Positions 47,491-56,085 of a stretch of DNA of 64,000 bases are shown here, piece by piece (the first letter of the stretch is position 1; every line of letters starts with the position of its first letter). The notes beneath the pieces are model-generated. The model searched no databases. It saw only the letters and a list, made by a program, of their open reading frames with translations, and had not been told where the DNA came from. The DNA is from Candidatus Brennerbacteria bacterium (GTDB taxonomy: Bacteria > Patescibacteriota > Minisyncoccia > UBA6257 > GWB1-50-10): assembly GCA_016183535.1 (NCBI GenBank), contig JACPEK010000001.1:15519-79518 (forward strand). Reading direction: 5' to 3'. The position numbers were made by a program, and so were the translations under genes.

Positions 47491-48690
47491 CTACTGTGGC
47501 TGGTATCCTATCTTCCCCCACATCACCTCAAGCGCTTTTTCAAGTTGTGGGTCTTTGTTTTCGTCATCACTCCCCTTTACTTCCACGTCGGGCGCAAGTC
47601 CTTCGCCGTTTATCTTCGTTCCCGCAGGCGTAAGCCATTCGGCGATGGTTACTTTCACCGTCGCGCCGTCGCGCAGATCTTCGATCTCTTGTACGCTCCC
47701 CTTCCCGAATGTTTTTTCTCCCACGAGCGTCGCACCGCGGATATCCCGGAGCGCTCCCGCGAGAATCTCGGAAGCGGATGCGGAACCGGCGTTCACAATC
47801 ACCACGACCGGAAGCTTTGCGAGCGCCGCGTTACCGTTCGCGAGGAGCGGCGTTTCCTCGCCGCCACGGAACTTTTCTTTCACCACCACCTCTCCGCGAT
47901 CCACGAACCATCCCGCCAGATGAGTGGCGACGTCCAGAAACCCTCCCGGATTATTTCGAAGATCCAACACAATCCCCTTCACTCCCCGAACAAGAGCGTT
48001 CAAACCCATTTCGTAAAACAGCGAAGGCGCGTTTGCGTTGAAGTTGTAGAGATGGACATACATCACGTTGCCGTCTTTCACTTCGTAATCGAGGGTCGGC
48101 ACCACGATGATGCGCCGCGTGATTTTAAATTCCCGCGCTTCTTTAAATCCCTCGCGAAAAACAAGGAGTGCAATCTCCGTATCGGGCTCGCCGCGAATGA
48201 TTTTTACGGCCTCCTCGACGGAAAGTCCTGCGGTCACAGTATCGCCCACTTTGAGTATGCGGTCTCCCGCCTTAAGCCCCGCTTCCTCGGCGGGGTTGCC
48301 TTTAAGCGGGGCCACGATGACGATCTCATTGTTGCGTATGCCGATTTCGGCGCCAATGCCGCCGAATACTCCTTCCAGATCCTCCCCAAACTTTTTTGCG
48401 TCACTCGGGCTGAAAAAGGTGGTGTAAGGATCTTTGAGAGTCGAGAGAGCTCCGCGAATCGCGCCGTAGACAAGCTCCTGGTCGTCAAATTTTTCCTCTT
48501 CCACGTATCGGTCCTTCACCGCTTGAACGGCCTCCCAAAAAAGCGAAAAGTCGGCGTCCACCACCTCGCGACTGTCGGTGATGCGGATCACCTTCGCATC
48601 CCGCGCATATTCCACGCCGCCGTAAAACGCTCCGCTCGCCACAACCGCGCCGGCCGCGACTCCTAAAATTAGTTTTTTATTAATCGTCAT
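47491..48690 (-). CDS. ctpA: S41 carboxy-terminal processing protease
   Basis: LKDPYT, GIGAEI PDZ, LDLRNNPGG, SASASEILAGAL, TFGKGSVQ. Confidence 0.94.
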   Translation of the reverse strand: MTINKKLILGVAAGAVVASGAFYGGVEYARDAKVIRITDSREVVDADFSLFWEAVQAVKDRYVEEEKFDDQELVYGAIRGALSTLKDPYTTFFSPSDAKKFGEDLEGVFGGIGAEIGIRNNEIVIVAPLKGNPAEEAGLKAGDRILKVGDTVTAGLSVEEAVKIIRGEPDTEIALLVFREGFKEAREFKITRRIIVVPTLDYEVKDGNVMYVHLYNFNANAPSLFYEMGLNALVRGVKGIVLDLRNNPGGFLDVATHLAGWFVDRGEVVVKEKFRGGEETPLLANGNAALAKLPVVVIVNAGSASASEILAGALRDIRGATLVGEKTFGKGSVQEIEDLRDGATVKVTIAEWLTPAGTKINGEGLAPDVEVKGSDDENKDPQLEKALEVMWGKIGYQPQ

Positions 48691-48743
48691 ATTGAAACAA
48701 TTTGATTGTAGGCGACTTGGCCTCCTGCCGCAACGCGGATGCT

Positions 48744-49244
48744 TCAGCGTCCCTCCCCCGCGCGATAGACGTGTTTTGCGTGATCGGTAAACACCTTTCC
48801 GTCGAGGTGATCCACCTCGTGCTGAAACACCCGCGCGAGAAATCCCCACGCGTTGATCTTCACCTTCTTCCCGCGAAGATCATACCCCGCGAGGGTTACG
48901 CGATCGGCGCGCTCCACGAGACCATAACGCTCCGGTATCGAGAGGCACCCTTCCTCCATCACCGCGGTTTCGATTCCCTTCTTCAAAAGTTCGGGATTTG
49001 CAATCGCGTAGAACTTCGGTCGCCCCTCGGCATCCGGCACCTGCGCAACGAAAAACCGTTTCTCGATGCCGATTTGGTTTGCGGAAAGCCCCACGCCGTT
49101 CGCCTCTTTCATGATCACGCGCATTTCCTTCGCAAGCGCGCGGAGCGCTTTGAATTCTTCTTTGGTGAGCGTGAGCGGCGAAAGCTTCTTCCGAAGCGTT
49201 CTTTCCTCGTTCTTGTTATGGACCAGATAAATGGAGTGGTTCAT
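48744..49244 (-). CDS. def: Peptide deformylase
   Basis: GVGLSANQIG, EGCLSIP, QHEVDHLDG. Confidence 0.96.
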   Translation of the reverse strand: MNHSIYLVHNKNEERTLRKKLSPLTLTKEEFKALRALAKEMRVIMKEANGVGLSANQIGIEKRFFVAQVPDAEGRPKFYAIANPELLKKGIETAVMEEGCLSIPERYGLVERADRVTLAGYDLRGKKVKINAWGFLARVFQHEVDHLDGKVFTDHAKHVYRAGEGR

Positions 49245-49582
49245 GATTTTTTTATCTGTTTTTTTCGAAGCGGGAGTTGCGTCTGCTTCCGGCGCGGCAT
49301 ATTTATTCGCCGCACCGAATTTTTCGTCTGTTGGAACCTCCGCATAAAATATGCGCCATAGTTTGCAATTCCCCTCCGCTCCGCCACATCTTTTGCGAGC
49401 ATAAGGAGCGCGTCGTTGTCGTACTCCCGCGCCAGCTTCAGATAGAGACGTTTGTGCGCACGATCACTCAATATCTCCGCAAGCATGAGGCCGGCTACTT
49501 GATATCCCTTTGAGATCGGCTTCGAATGAGCGCGTCGTTTCTTCAGATTTTCAATATATCCCGATGCGAACGGCTCGCGCAT
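49241..49582 (-). CDS. Hypothetical basic protein
   Basis: YQ..G..LAE.L.D..HK.LY.KLA..N.GAYFM; TATACT 6 nt upstream; overlaps def start. Confidence 0.7.
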   Translation of the reverse strand: MREPFASGYIENLKKRRAHSKPISKGYQVAGLMLAEILSDRAHKRLYLKLAREYDNDALLMLAKDVAERRGIANYGAYFMRRFQQTKNSVRRINMPRRKQTQLPLRKKQIKKS

Positions 49583-49619
49583 AATGACAGTATAGAGGAG
49601 AACGTATAAGGTATAAAGT

Positions 49620-50465
49620 ATGAGATTCGCATTCTTCGGCACGCCCGCATTCGCGGTCACGATTCTCGAAAAACTCATTGCGAACGATTTTATCCCGGAA
49701 ACGGTGGTTACAAACCCCGATCGCCCCGTGGGGCGACGGAAAACACTCGCGCCGCCGCCGGTGAAACACACGCTCATGGAGCAGGATGAATCCATCCGCG
49801 AGCGTATCCGCCTCTTCCAACCCGAACATAAAAACGAGCTTCCGCTCATCCCCGGCGGCCCCTACGATTTCTTCATCGTCGCCGCATACGGATTTATTCT
49901 GCCGAAAGAACTACTCTCGCTCCCCCGTCTCGGCACGATCGGTGTGCATCCCTCGCTTCTTCCGTGTCACCGCGGCGCCTCGCCTATTCAATCAACAATC
50001 CTGGCGGGCGATCGCGAGGCGGGCGTATCACTCTTTCTCGTAGATGAGGACGTGGATCACGGTCCGGTCATCGCGCATGAAATATTGGACGGTTATGATA
50101 TTTCATCTATAACCTATCGCGAACTCCATGATGCGCTTGCGGAACTCGGCGGCGATCTCCTTGTACGCACACTCCCAGGATTTATCGAAGGAAATATTAT
50201 CCTCGAACCGCAAGACGAGTCGAAAGCAACGTTCACAAAAAAATTTACCACCGACGACGCGCGAGTGGATTTGGAAAAAGACGAGCCGGAAATGATATGG
50301 CGCAAAGTGCGCGCGTTAAATCCCGAGCCTGGCGTGTTTACCTTGATCTCGTCGAAAGGTGAACTTCGACGGATGAAAATTCTCGACGCCGACTTTCGCG
50401 ACGGAAAGCTCGTGCTCCGCCGCACGCAGATGGAAGGAGAACTCCCGAAAGAGGTTACTCGTTGA
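49620..50465 (+). CDS. fmt: Methionyl-tRNA formyltransferase
   Basis: FFGTP.F, VTNPDRP.GR, VAAYG.ILP, HPSLLP..RGASPIQ, RALNP.PG. Confidence 0.96.
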   Translation: MRFAFFGTPAFAVTILEKLIANDFIPETVVTNPDRPVGRRKTLAPPPVKHTLMEQDESIRERIRLFQPEHKNELPLIPGGPYDFFIVAAYGFILPKELLSLPRLGTIGVHPSLLPCHRGASPIQSTILAGDREAGVSLFLVDEDVDHGPVIAHEILDGYDISSITYRELHDALAELGGDLLVRTLPGFIEGNIILEPQDESKATFTKKFTTDDARVDLEKDEPEMIWRKVRALNPEPGVFTLISSKGELRRMKILDADFRDGKLVLRRTQMEGELPKEVTR

Positions 50466-50919
50466 TGGTTATTCGTTTATAGTCGAGTTTGATATTCTGC
50501 GCGTCCTCGAGCATGAATGAGGCGGGATCCGCAACAGATGCGCCGTTCGCGGTCACTGAAAGCTCGTACCCTTCGCGGGTAAATGATTTTCCCCACACAT
50601 CCATGAAATCGCCAAGCGTATAGGTGCGGCGGTTCTGCGATTCCACGTGGATTACACCTTGTGGTGCGTCGTCATCGTGTGTATGAATCGCGCGCTCGCA
50701 CCCTGCAAGCCCGATGCCGGCGGGGATCGCTTCCACGATTCTGTCCACCGTGATTGCGACGATGGGATGGATATGTTGAACGATCGGAAGATTAGACACC
50801 AAACAGGGTACGCCCGAACCGATCCCTCCGCCGTTTTTATTCTGGAGACGAGGATATGCGAAAAGCGCCACAAGAACGATCGTAATCCCCGCAATCCACA
50901 CCCATGTTTTGAGTTTCAT
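50455..50919 (-). CDS. Membrane-anchored hypothetical protein with His motifs
   Basis: N-terminal TM helix; HIHP, IPAGIG, IHTHD..G.IHVES, TLGDF...WG. Confidence 0.75.
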   Translation of the reverse strand: MKLKTWVWIAGITIVLVALFAYPRLQNKNGGGIGSGVPCLVSNLPIVQHIHPIVAITVDRIVEAIPAGIGLAGCERAIHTHDDDAPQGVIHVESQNRRTYTLGDFMDVWGKSFTREGYELSVTANGASVADPASFMLEDAQNIKLDYKRITINE

Positions 50920-51013
50920 ATAAGCGCCATCATACCACATCCGAAAGTTTGACAAATATTCTCTGAATGGCATAAAATAGAGACAGAACATTCGTCAACA
51001 AAAAGGAGGCTTC

Positions 51014-51637
51014 ATGAAATGGCTTATCAAGAAAATGGGCGGTACGCTCATTTTTTCAGTGGTTGCCGCGCTCATTGTTTGGACGACAGGGAATCTTTTC
51101 ACGTCCGAGAGCACACCACCCGACCATCGCGCGCTGGTAAATTTTTTCGGATGGCAACCGATAAAATTTTCCGTCATAACGGACGCGGCGCTCGCGCTTT
51201 TCATCCCGCTTGCGGTTGTCGGTATCGCGCAATTCGTTTCCCCGCCCACCGGAATATTCTGGGATTTTGAGTTTGAAACGGACGATCCGGATTACCAGTA
51301 TGGGATCGCGTGGGCGTTCGGTTTCATGATCGCAATCCTTTCGTATAGTATTGCGTTCCTCTTAAAAACCTTCGGGCTCGTCGCGCCGGATAATTCACTT
51401 ACCACCTCAATCGCCGGACTGGTCGCGGTTGCCGCGGGCCTGGCCGATAGGCAGTGGATTCATATTATGCTCCCCGGGATTGTGACTGGTTTCCTCGCAA
51501 CCGTTTTGATGATCGCGGGGATTGTCAACGGATGGATATTCCCATGGGTCATCTTCGCGTTAGGGTTCGTGAAATATACTTTCCGCCACGGCATGACCCC
51601 GCAATTTCGTAAAAAATCAAAATCCATTGTTCGCTAA
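51014..51637 (+). CDS. Hypothetical multi-pass membrane protein
   Basis: TTGACA-17-TAAAAT promoter, AAGGAGG RBS, about 6 TM helices, terminator 51649-51680. Confidence 0.75.
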   Translation: MKWLIKKMGGTLIFSVVAALIVWTTGNLFTSESTPPDHRALVNFFGWQPIKFSVITDAALALFIPLAVVGIAQFVSPPTGIFWDFEFETDDPDYQYGIAWAFGFMIAILSYSIAFLLKTFGLVAPDNSLTTSIAGLVAVAAGLADRQWIHIMLPGIVTGFLATVLMIAGIVNGWIFPWVIFALGFVKYTFRHGMTPQFRKKSKSIVR

Positions 51638-51720
51638 ATTTATCGGTTCCCGCCGCGACTCGTCGCGGCGGGCATTCTTTTGGTTGAAAAATCTCGAAAA
51701 CTAGGGCACATTGAATCCAT

Positions 51721-51743
51721 TGCCGGGTCATCTAATGGTAGGA
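51721..51743 (+). pseudogene. 5' fragment of a tRNA-Gln
   Basis: TGCCGGG TC ATCTAATGGTAGGA = acceptor 5' strand plus D-arm. Confidence 0.6.
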
Positions 51744-51763
51744 AAATATGTTAGCATACACAT

Positions 51764-52417
51764 ATGCCTAAAGGTGACGTACGCGCAGAGAAAATAGCCG
51801 CCACTATGCGGCGGAGAAAACTAAATAATTTCAGAAAATGGAGGAATCTCCACCCTGTTTACTACGCCACACTTCATAAAGGCGAGGGTCTTGCTGAATT
51901 TTATGGAACACTACTTGGTGATGGATGTATCGAAAAGTTTCCTCGAACAGAGAAACTTTCGATTAGTTTTAACTCAAAAGAGACCGACCACATAAACCAC
52001 GTCACAAAACTTATCGGTCAGCTTTTCAAGAAAAAACCTTCAATGAGGGAGCACAAAGGGAAACATTGCGTCGCACTCACGCTTTATCAAAGAAACATTA
52101 GTAGCAGATTAAAATTTCCAATCGGAATAAAACGACCGCAACCCATCAGAATTCCTCTTTGGGTTCGAAAAAACAAAAAGTTCCTCATCCGATGTTTGAA
52201 AGGTCTTTTTGAAACTGATGGTGATTGGGTTATTGATATAAAGTATGGGACAAATGTAATTAAATTTACGAACGTATCACGAACACTACTTAAGGACGTG
52301 TACACCTCTCTTATAAAACTCAAATTTGTGGCGCACATGGGTAAAAAGCGGGTCACAATCAATCGAAAATCCGAAGTGGAGAAATTTGTAAAAATGATAA
52401 AGTTTAGGCAATATTAG
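51764..52417 (+). CDS. LAGLIDADG homing-endonuclease-like protein
   Basis: Two motifs, LAEFYGTLLGDGC and CLKGLFETDG; highly basic; AT-rich. Confidence 0.88.
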   Translation: MPKGDVRAEKIAATMRRRKLNNFRKWRNLHPVYYATLHKGEGLAEFYGTLLGDGCIEKFPRTEKLSISFNSKETDHINHVTKLIGQLFKKKPSMREHKGKHCVALTLYQRNISSRLKFPIGIKRPQPIRIPLWVRKNKKFLIRCLKGLFETDGDWVIDIKYGTNVIKFTNVSRTLLKDVYTSLIKLKFVAHMGKKRVTINRKSEVEKFVKMIKFRQY

Positions 52418-52426
52418 CGGGTAAGT

Positions 52427-52500
52427 TGCGGGGTGGTGTAACGGTAGCACGCGTGGCTCTGAACCACGAAATTGGGGTTCGATTCCCTGCCCCGCAGCCA
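52427..52500 (+). tRNA. tRNA-Gln(CTG)
   Basis: TGCGGGG TGGTGTAACGGTAGCACG CGTGG CT CTG AA CCACG..GGTTCGATTCC..CCCCGCA G CCA. Confidence 0.93.
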
Positions 52501-52568
52501 AGTCGAGCGCAACACTTTCGCACGAGTTCGTCAAGGGTCTCGAGCGAGGTTTCCCGCGCTCGAGACGC

Positions 52569-52592
52569 GTTCGAATCCAAGAGCCCCAGCCA
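52569..52592 (+). pseudogene. 3' fragment of a tRNA (Gln-like)
   Basis: GTTCGAATCC AAGA GCCCCA G CCA = T-loop plus acceptor 3' strand. Confidence 0.55.
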
Positions 52593-52629
52593 CATTGTAT
52601 GAATCGGAAAGGTTGCCTTTATACCCCAC

Positions 52630-53253
52630 ATGCCAAAAAATAACGAAATAATAATCAGGCCAGAAACCCCGCAGGATTACCGAGAAACGGAAAATGTTAT
52701 CAGGGAAGCATTTTGGGACGTATATAAACCAGGCTGTGATGAACACCTGATCATTCATAAGCTTCGAGAGTCGCCCGGCTTTATTGACGAACTGGACTTT
52801 GTTGCCTGCGATGGAGACAAAATCGTAGGAGCGGTGATCTGTCCAAGGGCAAAGATAAAAAACGAACAAGGCCAAGAATTCGCCGCATTATCCATGATCG
52901 TCGGCGTGTTGCCTTTCTACCAGAAGCAAGGAATCGGTTCCATGCTTATACAAAAAATCATTGGCGAAGCGCGGTCACTGGGCCATAAAGGAATCGTCAT
53001 ATTCGGAAACCCGGAATACTACCCACGTTTTGGATTTAGGAACGCGAAGGAATATGGCATACAAACATCAGACGGGCAAAATCTCGACCCGTTCATGGCC
53101 CTCGAGCTCTCCGACGGTAGCTTGAACGAAATCAAGGGTGCATTCGTTGAAGACCCGGCATTTCAGCCGGTGAGTGACAAAGAAGAATTAGAGTTATTCG
53201 ACAAGCAATTTTCTCCTAAAGAAAAGCACATCACCGATACACAATTAAAATAA
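52630..53253 (+). CDS. GNAT N-acetyltransferase (YhbS-like)
   Basis: IRPE...D, REAFW..Y.PGC.EH, V.P.YQKQGIG, GNPEYYPRFGF. Confidence 0.9.
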   Translation: MPKNNEIIIRPETPQDYRETENVIREAFWDVYKPGCDEHLIIHKLRESPGFIDELDFVACDGDKIVGAVICPRAKIKNEQGQEFAALSMIVGVLPFYQKQGIGSMLIQKIIGEARSLGHKGIVIFGNPEYYPRFGFRNAKEYGIQTSDGQNLDPFMALELSDGSLNEIKGAFVEDPAFQPVSDKEELELFDKQFSPKEKHITDTQLK

Positions 53254-53268
53254 TCTGGCCGTAGCCAT

Positions 53269-54225
53269 ATGTTCATCGACGACGTTACCATACGGGTCTT
53301 CGCCGGAAAAGGCGGGAAGGGCGCCGTGGCGTTCAATAAAAATCTCATGTCCTTGGGCCCCGCAGGAGGAAGCGGCGGGAAAGGAGGAAGCGTCTACGCT
53401 GAAGGCGTCTCGAACTTAAGCGCGCTCCAGCAGTTCCGCTACGAGAAATCCATCCAGGCGGAACATGGTATGGAAGGCCGCGGCCAGTTTAGAGACGGCC
53501 ACGACGGCAAGGATCTTACGCTTAAAGTTCCGGTGGGCACCGTGATACATAACCTGACCGAGGAAAGCACGGTGGAAATCACAAAGATTGGCGAGCGCAT
53601 ACTCCTCGCAAAAGGCGGGAATGGCGGGAAGGGAAACTTCCATTTTCGCTCACCGCGCCTCACCACGCCAAAACGGTTCCAACCGGGCCTGCCGGGAGAA
53701 GCGTTCCAGTTCCGCTTGGAGCTGAAACTCACCGCCGACATCGGGTTTGTAGGGTTCCCGAACGTCGGGAAATCCAGTTTATTGAACGAACTGACGAATG
53801 CGAAAAGCAAAGTGGCCAACTATCCCTTCACCACACTTGAACCAAATCTCGGCGCATATTACGAGCTTATCCTTGCCGACATTCCCGGCCTCATTGAAGG
53901 TTCGTCACGCGGGAAAGGACTCGGCATTAAATTCCTTCGCCACATCGAGCGGACACGCATCCTTTTCCATTTCATCTCGGCGGAGTCCCCTTCTCCAAAA
54001 AAAGATTACAACGCTATTCGTAAAGAGCTAGGGAGCCACAACAAAAAACTTCTGGAAAAGCCCGAATATCTCTTTCTCACCAAAAGCGATGAAGCATCCC
54101 CCGCAGACCTGAAAAAGAAGCTTGCGGTGCTGAAAAAAATAAACCGTCAAGCGATGGCAATCTCGCTCTATGACGACGAAAGCGTCGCGGCGGTAAAGAA
54201 ACTTCTGAACAAGATCAAGAGCTGA
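53269..54225 (+). CDS. obgE: GTPase ObgE
   Basis: MFIDD...AG.GG.G, Gly-rich Obg domain, GFPNVGKSSL, ANYPFTTLEPNLG, DIPGLIEG, FLRHIER. Confidence 0.96.
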   Translation: MFIDDVTIRVFAGKGGKGAVAFNKNLMSLGPAGGSGGKGGSVYAEGVSNLSALQQFRYEKSIQAEHGMEGRGQFRDGHDGKDLTLKVPVGTVIHNLTEESTVEITKIGERILLAKGGNGGKGNFHFRSPRLTTPKRFQPGLPGEAFQFRLELKLTADIGFVGFPNVGKSSLLNELTNAKSKVANYPFTTLEPNLGAYYELILADIPGLIEGSSRGKGLGIKFLRHIERTRILFHFISAESPSPKKDYNAIRKELGSHNKKLLEKPEYLFLTKSDEASPADLKKKLAVLKKINRQAMAISLYDDESVAAVKKLLNKIKS

Positions 54226-54812
54226 TGAGTTATCACACCCACCTTAGCAAGGTGGATAAGGTCATGGCGAGGTTGGTGAAACGCTATCCCCTGAAACCTA
54301 TCCGACCGGCGATGAATCCCCTTGAGGAGCTCGTCGGGTCGATCATATCGCAACAGCTCTCCGTAAAAGCCGCGAACACCATCGCTGCGCGTTTTATCGG
54401 TCTCTACGGCACGCGTATGCCCTCCGCGGCACGCATAGTGAAAACTCCCGTCGCGCGGATGAGGAAATGCGGGATTTCAAACGCAAAAGCGCGTTACCTC
54501 AAGAACGTGGCGCGCGCATTTTTGAAGGGCCACCTCAACCGCACCCATTTGATGCGTATGAGCGACGCGGAGGTTCACACGCGGCTCCTCGCCATCAAGG
54601 GCGTAGGGCCATGGACGGTGGAGATGTTTCTTATCTTCGCGCTCGGCCGCCCCGACCTATTTTCACCCGGCGACGTCGGTCTCCAGAACGCGATACGGGC
54701 ACGCTACGGAAAAGAACCGACGCCCGCCTTCATGAAAAAACTCTCGGCGCGCTGGGCGCCCTACCGCAGTTACGCCTGTCGCTACCTCTGGAAATCGCAG
54801 GATAACGAATAG
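54225..54812 (+). CDS. DNA-3-methyladenine glycosylase II family (AlkA-like)
   Basis: IISQQLSVKAA, IKGVGPWTVEM, DVGL, W.PYRSYA..YLW. Confidence 0.92.
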   Translation: MSYHTHLSKVDKVMARLVKRYPLKPIRPAMNPLEELVGSIISQQLSVKAANTIAARFIGLYGTRMPSAARIVKTPVARMRKCGISNAKARYLKNVARAFLKGHLNRTHLMRMSDAEVHTRLLAIKGVGPWTVEMFLIFALGRPDLFSPGDVGLQNAIRARYGKEPTPAFMKKLSARWAPYRSYACRYLWKSQDNE

Positions 54813-54824
54813 CACACCGAAAGA

Positions 54825-56078
54825 TTAGCGAAACTTCCTGCGGGTTTGAAACCGGCGCGGGCCGGCGGAGCGGGTACGAGGCGCGTACGGACGGGACGAC
54901 TGAAAACGCGAAGGACGACGCGGTTCGTAGGAATCATGGTCCATCACGGGCGCACTGCGATGCGGCGGAAGCGCGGGAAGTTTGGAAAGTGGGAGCACCT
55001 GACGGATGAGCCGCTCAATGCCGCGCACATCCCCTCTTTGGTCGGGAGTAGCAAAAGAAATGGCGTGTCCTTTGCCGCCGGCGCGTGCGGTGCGTCCGAT
55101 GCGATGCACATAGTCCTCGGCGGTGCTCGGGAGGTCATAATTCACCACGACCTCGATCCCTTTCACGTCGATGCCGCGCGCCGCGATGTCGGTCGCGATA
55201 AGCACCCGATACTTACCGTTCCTGAAACCATCGAGCGCTTCGCGCCGCTGGGAAAGCGAACGGTTGGCGTGAAGCTCGGCCGCCGGGTGCCCCATGGCAC
55301 GAACCGAGGCGGCTATTTTTTTCGCGCCGAATTTCGTCCGCGAAAAGACGAGCACGGACCCGCGGTATTCCTCCAAAACTTTTTCCAAAAGACGCGCTTT
55401 GTCCGGCCGTGATACCACAAAAAGCTCCTGCGTCACTTTGGCGACCGTGGTGCCCGGCGGCGCGATCTCCACGCGGAGCGGCAGTTTCATATTCGCCTTC
55501 GCGATGTTCACAATATCCTGCGGCATCGTGGCCGAGAAAAGCATCGTTTGGCGCTCCTTCGGCACTGCGGCGAGGATACGGTTCAGTTGCGGCGCGAATC
55601 CCATGTCCAACATCCGGTCCGCTTCGTCCAGCACGAGCATGCCAACCGCAGAGAGCGATACGGTTCGCTGGTTAAGATGGTCCAGGATGCGTCCCGGCGT
55701 GCCGATAACGATGAGCGGGTCACGACGCAACGCGGTGATCTGCCGACCGATGGATTCTCCACCAATAAGGAGCACGGTGCGCACGCGGAGCGCGCCCCCG
55801 AGCTTTTCAATGGTCTCTTGCACCTGAAGCGCAAGTTCGCGCGTAGGGAGCACTACCAGTCCTCGGGTGCCGCGAAGCGCCGCCTGCACCATCGGTACGC
55901 CGAACGCGAGCGTCTTCCCGGTGCCGGTCTGCGCAATGCCGATAAGATCCTTCCCTTCGAGCGCGGGCGGGATGGACTTCTGCTGGATCGGCGTAGGCGT
56001 TTTGAAGTTCAAGCGTTCGATGACCGCAAGAATATTCGGCGCGATGCCGAGGCCGTAAAAACCTGATTGTAGTTCCAT
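54825..56078 (-). CDS. DEAD-box RNA helicase (RhlE-like)
   Basis: PTPIQ, AQTGTGKT, PTRELA, DEADRMLDMGF, SAT, HRIGRTAR. Confidence 0.96.
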   Translation of the reverse strand: MELQSGFYGLGIAPNILAVIERLNFKTPTPIQQKSIPPALEGKDLIGIAQTGTGKTLAFGVPMVQAALRGTRGLVVLPTRELALQVQETIEKLGGALRVRTVLLIGGESIGRQITALRRDPLIVIGTPGRILDHLNQRTVSLSAVGMLVLDEADRMLDMGFAPQLNRILAAVPKERQTMLFSATMPQDIVNIAKANMKLPLRVEIAPPGTTVAKVTQELFVVSRPDKARLLEKVLEEYRGSVLVFSRTKFGAKKIAASVRAMGHPAAELHANRSLSQRREALDGFRNGKYRVLIATDIAARGIDVKGIEVVVNYDLPSTAEDYVHRIGRTARAGGKGHAISFATPDQRGDVRGIERLIRQVLPLSKLPALPPHRSAPVMDHDSYEPRRPSRFQSSRPYAPRTRSAGPRRFQTRRKFR

Positions 56079-56085
56079 ATCAATA

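Noticed and set aside
47434-48666. Long antisense ORFs such as this 410-aa one and 208-1161
   Set aside because: Shadow frames of well-supported GC-rich genes on the opposite strand
51721-52500. tRNA-Gln interrupted by a group I intron encoding the LAGLIDADG
   Set aside because: The downstream tRNA is already complete, and only 20 and 9 nt flank the ORF, too little for an intron core
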